DNA from: Octopus vulgaris
Taxonomy: Eukaryota
NCBI GenBank assembly: GCA_951406725.2
Contig: OX597820.1
Coordinates: forward strand, 36,394,001 to 36,458,000
Length of the DNA: 64,000 nt
Direction: 5' to 3'
Shown here: one piece after another, positions 55,941 through 64,000 of the stretch
How the letters are laid out: each line of letters starts with the position of its first letter
How positions within the stretch are numbered: the stretch's first letter is position 1
Notes under the pieces: generated by a model
The model's input: the letters and a program-made list of their open reading frames with translations, nothing else
What the model was told of the DNA's origin: nothing
Database searches by the model: none
Translations under genes and position numbers: made by a program

Positions 55941-56809
55941 AAGTAATGAGAGAAAGAGGGGAGATGGATAGAGAGGGGTGGGAGTAGGTCAGGGACAAGA
56001 ATTTCAATGCCAAGATAATTACAGGTGAGAGAGATAGAGAGTTACTAGTCAAAGAGAAAGAGAATTACTGATTAAAGTGAGAGAAAAAGAATTACTGGTT
56101 AAAGAGAGAGAGACATTATATATAAAATAAAACTAATAATGAGTGGTGAGAGCATCATTCAATATATAGAACAGTGAGGAGAGAATAAGTAGGTGAGAGA
56201 GAGAGAGACAGACAGACAGACAGAGATGAGAGTTACATTCTCATCTGTCTGTCACCATTGTTTTTAACAGGGGTTGGATGGGGCATTTTGAGGTGATGTT
56301 TTATGGCTGAATACCCTTCCCAATGCCAACCAAACTCTTTTAGTCACCTTAAATACAGTGTACATGTTCTATATCCCAGGATACACACACCAGACATCAG
56401 ATGTAAATCATGTTGTACAGGCAGACAGAGATATGTGAGAATTACAAAAGATATACAATATATTAGACAAAGAGATAGTGGGGGAGTGTGACATTAGATA
56501 TAAAATATATTAGAGAGAGAGCTGAGAGAGTTACATTAGATTATAGAATACATAACTAATGAGTACAGAAAGTGAGTTTTATTACTCACTTTCTGATAAT
56601 CTAGAACCCAAGAGAGTTAACCATTTCATGAACAACTGCAAGAAATCCCAGAGTAAGATACTCAACAGGAAACTATGATTCATCCTGTATTAGAAAGTCT
56701 AGAGTGCTACCAAATGTATGGGATAATACAGTTAATAGGTGCAGCTAGACAGTACCTTTATCTTCTCCCTCAATGTGGGTCACACAATGTAATTAGTAGA
56801 AATGGTTAC

Positions 56810-56864
<55 letters not shown>

Positions 56865-56957
56865 GTACAAATTTCTAATTAAACAAGATGCTGAAAATGG
56901 AAAGAGGAATGTGCTTAAAAGATCAAAGAGACAAAAACACACCTATCTATACATATA

Positions 56958-57188
56958 TATTTCTTTACTACCCACAAGGGGCTAAACATAGAGGGGACAA
57001 ACAAGGACAGACAAAGGGATTAAGTCGATTACATCGACCCCAGTGCGAAACTGGTACTTAATTTATCGACCTCGAAAGGATGAAAGGCAAAGTCGACCTC
57101 GGCGGAATTTGAACTCAGAGCGTAACGACAGACGAAATACGGCTACGCATTTCGCCCGGTGTGCTAACGTGTCTGCCAGCTCGCCGCC
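56958..57188 (-). mobile_element. Young tRNA-derived SINE (family B) with 15-bp TSD
   Basis: Head ggcggcgagctggcag, B box gagttcaaattcc, CpGs retained; TSD ctatctatacatata at 56943-56957 and 57189-57203. Confidence 0.92.
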
Positions 57189-57300
57189 CTATCTATACAT
57201 ATAATATTCATACACAAATATATATCCATAAACATACATGCAACAATATATACTCATAATACTCATATATACCTAGACATGCAATTATAACCATATACAA

Positions 57301-57344
<44 letters not shown>

Positions 57345-57775
57345 CTTTAGCATGTAAGCATCTATACAGATGAAAATTTCAGTAAAAAAAAAGGGTATGA
57401 AGACGTGGGGAAGAGATTCACCTGTGTGAGATGAGTTGGGATAAATTTGTAAATTTGGCTTACTGTCAGATAGTGGCAGCTGATTAAATTTTAACATCAA
57501 CTTAAATTTACCTAAATATATATTTAGATAACTCACCCCACACAAATATATCCACCTCTTCCTATGTTTTGTTAAAATTCTTTATGGAATTATCAATTAA
57601 CTTAGTATTTTAATTTCTGTTTGAATATAAGCATCTGGCAGTGAAATTTAAAGTCACAGTTAATACTTATGTATCATAACTCCAACAGAGTTATTGAGTA
57701 CTTTCATCAGTAAATGTTTATTGTTGTCATTAAAGCCAAGACACATATTTTATATATATATATATATATATCTTT

Positions 57776-58134
57776 TCTTTTGTCTTTTACTTGTTATAGT
57801 CATTAGACTACAGCAATTTTTAGTTGAATGAATCAACTCCAGGATTTATTTTTTTTTAAAGCCTGCTACTTATTCTATCAGTCTCTTTTACCCCACCACT
57901 AAGTTACAGGGATGTAAACACACCAACACTAGTTGTCGAGCAGTGATGGAAGATAGGGGTAGGGACAGACAGACATACACACACACTACAAGCTTCTTAA
58001 AAGTTTTCATCTACCAAATCCACTTACAAAGGCTTTGGTCAGCCCAAGGCTATACTTGCCCAAGGTGCAATGGAACTGAACCCAGAACCATGTGGTGCAG
58101 AAGCAAGCTTCTTACCACATAACCATACTTGTGC

Positions 58135-58136
<2 letters not shown>
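57776..58136 (-). mobile_element. tRNA-derived SINE (family A)
   Basis: Reverse-complement homolog of 51771-52145. Confidence 0.8.
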
Positions 58137-58183
<47 letters not shown>

Positions 58184-58189
58184 CACACA

Positions 58190-59315
58190 CAGACACTCTT
58201 ATAATCACTAAAATTTATTTAAATCTGAAATTATATATTCAAATTATTTGTTATAATGTGAATATTTTATATTTAGAAGACATGCCCTTTGCAATTTTCA
58301 ATGCAAGCACCTTATTAGGCATGTTACTGATCAAATTATGAATATTCTCTTATGGAATTTCTCGCCAAGTTTCATACAGTAACTCAAAAGATCTGGCTTT
58401 GAAGATACTTTCTTGTTCTTTTTATGAAGTTGCCCTGTCAATTATGTCATAGAGGTGTTCAATAGGGTTCATATCTGGTGATTGACTTGGCCATGGAAGT
58501 TTTTTAATGCCATTCTCATTAAACAAATCTTGGGTCATTTTAGCTGTGTAACAAGGAGCCCCATCTTCCATAAATAAAGAGTCTTCTTTAATCATTTCAC
58601 CACTGGAGAAGATTGGTAGGAGTCCTTTCTGCAATACGGACACATATTTATCTGAGTTTATGTTTCCCTCACACTCCACCAGCTCTGATCAGCCATTGCT
58701 CCAAATTGCTCCCCAGACCATTACAGAATAGCTGCAGTGTTTCATTGTTTGCTGCAATCTTTTCACATCAAATTCTTGATCACAGAGTCTCCAGGCCCAC
58801 ATTCAACTATTGTCAGGAAATACAGCAAATCTGAACTCACAAGAGAATATGACAGTGTCCCAAAATGCTAGTGGCCTCTCCACCATCTCACTGGCCCAAT
58901 CTCTTCTCTGCTTGATGTTGGCTGGTCAAAGATGCGGCTTCCTTCTTGCTGCTTTGCCATAGTCACCCAAGTTTATGAAGACACCTGACAGCTGATCTGG
59001 GACTAATATCAACTTGTTCTACTATGTCAGATGCCTTGCAAAGAGGATTATCCTCCACACTTCTCTTAGCAAAGAGAAGGGTCCTGTCAGAAAGTGGGGT
59101 CTCAACGTTTTCTGTGATTTCACAGTGACTATGTCCACTTCCAGATTGACCCACACAGCCTCTTTGAAATTATTGAGACAGTTCTAAGGCTTCTTTGAAC
59201 TTGGCATGATTAAACAATAACATTTAGAACTGAAACATAAAAATGTCGATTAATAAAGATATAGATCTTTACAAGTTACAATAAACATAAAACATCATTT
59301 TATGGGGTGTCATGT
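58190..59315 (-). mobile_element. Degenerate Tc1-like (DDE) transposon
   Basis: FMEDGAPCYTAK..LPWPSQSPDMNPIEHL catalytic motif plus an HTH-like N-terminal fragment; boundaries approximate. Confidence 0.85.
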
Positions 59316-59904
59316 CTGTGTGTGTGTATGTATATACACACACGCATATATACCATCTCTTTCTCACTCCAACATCAATCCACTTCCTCTCTTCTAAAAC
59401 GCAAGTAGCATTATAGCTCCTCCACAGCATGGAACCTGTTCTGCTCTGGCCCCTCCTCTCATAATTTAACTCTTCATCAAGCATAAGACTACTCCCTATC
59501 TTGGAGCTTGTAGCTATGTTGGTGGCATGGTAAAAAAAAAAAGCACCCAGTATACAGCGTAAAGTTAGTGGTATTAGGAAAAGCATCCAACCAGAGAAAC
59601 CATGCTAAAGTAGACAGTGGAGTATGATGCAGTCCTTGGACCTATCAACCAGTCCAACTTATGTGATCATGGAAAATGGACATTAATCTTGTAGCATCCA
59701 AATTACTCCATCAAATGCAATGCTTATTTATTCATATTATTTTGAATTAATCTTGCATTATCTTGTAGCTTTGAGATTTTGATGATGTGATTGTTTATAT
59801 TTTAAGAATTGACATTATAGAGTAGGTGTGAGAGGCAGAATCTGGCCAGTTTTAACATAAAACAGAAGAATATTTTGGCCAGATATAGTCAGTTTAAATA
59901 TGAT

Positions 59905-60190
59905 GAAGGCACCTGGCTTAGTGGTTACGGTATTCAGCTCACGATCATAAGGTTGTGTGTTCAATTCCCAGTGATGTGTGGTGTCCTTGAGCAAGACACT
60001 TTATTTCATGTTGCTCCAGTTCACTCAGTTGGTAAAAATGAGTGGTACCTGTATTTTAAAGGGCCGGCCTTGTCACATTCTGTGTCATGCTGAATCTCCC
60101 TGAGAACTGTGTTAAGGGTACATGTATTTGTGGAGTGCCTAACCACAAGCACATTAATTTTACAAGTAAGCTGTTCCATTGATTGGATCA
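59905..60190 (+). mobile_element. tRNA-derived SINE (family C)
   Basis: tggcttagtggtta A box, gttcaattccc B box, central gtgtccttgagcaagacactt typical of SINE central domains. Confidence 0.7.
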
Positions 60191-60394
60191 ATTTATGCCA
60201 AAATATAGCAGTCTGAGGCAGCATTATAAACAAAACATTCAAGTTAAACTGGATGTGCTAATCAATATATATATATATGTATATATATATGTTTGCTTTT
60301 ATGTCAAATTATATATAAAAGCAATTTAGCATTAAACTGAAAGCTTACTTTTAATAGAGTATATGTTTATTAAACTTTTATAAGGAAAAGATTT

Positions 60395-60485
60395 ACAGTG
60401 ACTTCAAAGTATCTGTTTGCTTGCCTTCATCACCCTATCAAACAGCCCAATGAATGCAAGCAAGCCAAAACTTCAAAATCACTGT
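60395..60485 (-). ncRNA. Candidate structured RNA / pre-miRNA-like hairpin 1
   Basis: 36-nt arms with a 19-nt loop; 32 of 36 positions pair on the - strand, including 4 G-U. Confidence 0.35.
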
Positions 60486-60569
60486 CAAACTTTTCATTAA
60501 GCAATACATACATAAGTACACATGTACATATATTACAATACATATACTCAGATACAAATGCATATTCTT

Positions 60570-60600
<31 letters not shown>

Positions 60601-61694
60601 ATCATACACATATATTCATAGACACAGGTACTAAAATATAATTTCTCAATAAACATGCAGCATTCCATTACTAATGCAAATAGATAGAGATTAGAATCAC
60701 TATATATGACTGCCATGCACAGATAGGAGAAAAAGATAAATATCGACAGACAACTGAAGCAGATCTGAAGAATTTTAGTCAAATATATATAAAAAAAAAA
60801 GAAGTTTTGCTAGTCCTTGAGAAATTGAAACAAAGTTTTCAAAAAAATTCCTCAAAATCAGAGACTGGTGGAACACAGCAGCAATTAGTTTGTTCAGGCA
60901 GCAGAAAAACATATGAATGATAACATCAAAAACCATATTAGAAGCTTATTGACAGAACAGCTTACTGTAGACATGCAAATTCTTCAGTACTTATTTGCCG
61001 TATTTATTGCATGTTTTTTGTTGATTTTTTTTTTTGTTCACAACAGAAGAGACAGGCCTGTTTTGAAGGCCTACTCTCATCCATCATCCCACTGTGAAGT
61101 ACATTAAACATGGAAAATCATTTGTACCCCCTTCATTACAAAACAAATTTCTATTGAAATGCACTGCTTTTGTGTCAATTAATTTTGAAAATAATGAAGA
61201 ATTTAGTGAAATAATTTTCTTATTATTAAGCTAATGTTTGGAATGTAAATTAGTATGAAATTTTGATGGAAGATTTTAATTTAAAACACTTTAAAACAGA
61301 AATTTTGTATTATAGGGACAAGACAGATTGGTATCAAAAGGGTTTAATAGCTTCAGTGATAGTAAATACTAAGAGAATCTCACCTCTTCTGATGTAACCT
61401 ATTAGATGATCATAAGCTAAATTATTATCTTCAGCTTAAAAAGAAGCCAATTATTACTGAGTTGGTTGGTTGGTTGGTCGAATGATGTGGAAGGGGTGGT
61501 GTTTAACTCCAGGCTGGCTCCATCAAGTAGACACACTTGGCACACAGATAATCAACAGATCGACTAGGTTTGAGCATATGGTTCTAGGTATACCCAAGCT
61601 CCACTCTAGATGACAGCACACTCGTATTAACATGCAGTGGTTAATGATATAAAATAATACACATACATATATCTATGTGTGTGTATATACATCA

Positions 61695-62020
61695 TAATCA
61701 TCATAATTTAACATCCATTTTCCTTGCTGGTATGGGTTGGCCAGTTTGACCAGAGTTGGCAAGCTGGAGAGCTGCACTAGGCCCCAGTCTAATTTGGCTT
61801 GGTTTCTATGGCTAGATATGCTTCCTCATGCCAACCACTTTATAGAATGTGCTGAGTGCTTTTCACATGAACCAGTGCAGGTGCTTTTTATGTAGACTGC
61901 CATGGGCACTTTTTACATGGACCAGCATGAGCAGTTTTTAATGGACCAGCACAGGCACTTTTTACATGAACCAGCACTGATGCTTATTATGTGAACCAGC
62001 ACAGCTACTTTTTACTAGGA
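61695..62020 (-). mobile_element. RTE 3' tail with internal ~25-bp tandem repeats
   Basis: tttaacatccattttcc..ggtatgggttgg tail motif, followed by repeated ctttttacatggaccagca units. Confidence 0.7.
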
Positions 62021-62731
62021 CTAGAATATGTATGTGTGTATGTACATACATATATGTGAGTTCGTTCGCTCATTTAACATCCATTAATTCATGCTAGGCC
62101 CTTCCTGTTGCTAACACATTTCACATGTCTTCAAAAGCAAGAAGTGCCCAGACAATTTCCAGACAGAAGAGTCATCATTATCATTGCTCATAGTTTGTGC
62201 ACAAATGGAAACAAACATTCACACACACAAATATATATATATAATGGGCTTCTTTCAGTTTCTGTCTACTAAATTCACCCACAAGGCTTTGGTCAGCCCA
62301 GGGCTATAGCACAAGACACTGCTCATGATGCTGTGCATTGGACTCAATCTAAAATTATGTGGTTAGGAAGAAAACTTCTTAACCATGTAACTATGCCTGT
62401 ATACACATACATATTATATTATATATAAACACACACACTTAGCAGTGACTTTGAAGTCTCATCATACAGAGTTAATTTGAAGCTTCTGACCACAACTTAA
62501 TATGCTTCACACTTTTTATAACTGACCTGAAGATGACCGGGACAGTGTGGACCTGAACAGTACTTGGCCAGGATTTGAACTCAGAACATAAACATATGAC
62601 CAAGTTCCACAAGGGACTTTTAGCCAATGCTCTACCAATTATGTCACAAACCAAATCTCCAACATTCCATTTCTTGGAAAGTTTAGCCTATCTATATCAT
62701 AATTTTATGTACTGTATATTCACCTTTGATT

Positions 62732-62733
<2 letters not shown>

Positions 62734-62780
<47 letters not shown>

Positions 62781-62817
62781 CATTATTATTATTATTATTA
62801 TCATTATTATTTTATTA
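62734..62817. repeat. (ATT)n microsatellite
   Basis: Direct reading; source of the poly-Ile ORF. Confidence 0.95.
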
Positions 62818-63497
62818 TAAGAGATCTTAAAAATAATTTTTTTAAATTAAAAAAACCCCCCACATCTTTCTGTATTTTACATTTTGCACATGTATGCATA
62901 CATGTACACATACATAACTGCACATACCAGGCATTTGGCTTTATGAGTTGCAGAAAATAAATTAGGTTTTGATGACTCAATAAAGATATATATAGATCAC
63001 ATGTGACCTTCATTTATTTAGAAGGCAATGAGAATTTAATATTTACCTGACAACACTTTCAACTGTTTGCTTAAAGCTACAGAACTAATTAAGAAATGCC
63101 TTCATAAGTGCAACGTCTGAGCAGACATGGCCCTGTTCATAAATTTGTGTCTCCCAACATTGAAATATATATGTATACAGAAAGTGGTGTATTGTGACAT
63201 AAAGGAGAAATTGGTGGTGTAATAAAACTGTCATAATATCTGTGTGTCTGGTAGCTGTTTTGGGAGGATTGTATGTAGTTGTACACATGGGAGATAGGTA
63301 GGTAGGTTTGTGTATTATCTGTGTGTGAGTATGTGAAGTATGCAAACACAGAAAAGTGGACATTAAAATTATGATGATGACTATATATATATATAATTAT
63401 ATACATGCATATGGTGCTTGTAAGATAAAAGAGTTACACCATATTTTTAGTACAGTCCATATCTATTAAACTTTTACAAGAATAAGGTTGACATATA

Positions 63498-63564
63498 ACT
63501 TTGAAGTTTCAGTTTGCTCACCTTCGTAAGACTAACGAATGCAAACAAGCCAAAACTTCAAAGT
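63498..63564 (-). ncRNA. Candidate structured RNA / pre-miRNA-like hairpin 2 (paralog of hairpin 1)
   Basis: 30-nt arms with a 7-nt loop; 28 of 30 positions pair on the - strand, including 5 G-U. Confidence 0.35.
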
Positions 63565-64000
63565 CCCTGCCAAAGGTTCTTTGTAAAAGTTTAACACACA
63601 CACACACACACATACAGTATATTTGTTATACGTGTATGTGTGTGTTTATCTCAGAAGACAAAAGTTGACAGTAACTTCAAAGTTCTTTGCCAAAATAAAT
63701 TTCATACAATACTTAAATATATTAAGTTATCTTTCATTTTATGTCTGACTGCTCTTAAGCATGATTTTGCCATGTATTTCCTTATTTTCAAAATAGCCAC
63801 ACTGTATCCCTGTGTATGTCTATTCAAATCACTGCCAACTTGTGGAGCATTGTCAACACATATATTAACCCGAGATGGTTGATTTCATTTCCAATGAGTT
63901 CAATGTAATTTTTACAAATATACAACTGATTGTTTATGTAAAATAATGTGTGTGTGTGTATGTCAGAGAGTATAAAGTCCACATCATTTAATGTAACTAT

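Noticed and set aside
63522-63566. 45-nt phase 2-2 candidate exon inside hairpin 2
   Set aside because: Phase is incompatible with the neighbouring phase-1 exons, and the paralogous segment in hairpin 1 contains stops

Overview
AT-rich, repeat-dense animal genomic DNA, most likely an octopus (inferred from the repeat content: tRNA-derived SINEs, RTE LINE tails ending in (TGA)n, long (TA)n tracts). Two spliced genes converge tail to tail. On + is a complete 11-exon HM13/signal peptide peptidase gene (CDS 7686-26364, 1149 nt, 382 aa, with YD, GLGD and QPALLY motifs and a C-terminal KKxx). On - is the 3' part of a SLAIN-family microtubule plus-end protein gene (six phase-consistent exons, 50708 to 37479, with the MAKLQEESLRQ motif, SxIP/SxLP motifs and a DDSWKEGCF tail); its 5' exons are mostly unresolved or lie beyond the window. 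The remainder is degenerate RTE and CR1-like LINEs, mariner/Tc1 relics, MITEs, Helitron-like elements, SINEs and simple repeats. Most ORF-track entries are repeat artefacts. The best novelty candidates are two paralogous intronic hairpins that fold best on the SLAIN sense strand (pre-miRNA or ADAR-substrate-like), a ~160-nt duplication within HM13 introns, and a foldback mariner made of two inverted 5' ends. No prokaryotic-type system is present.
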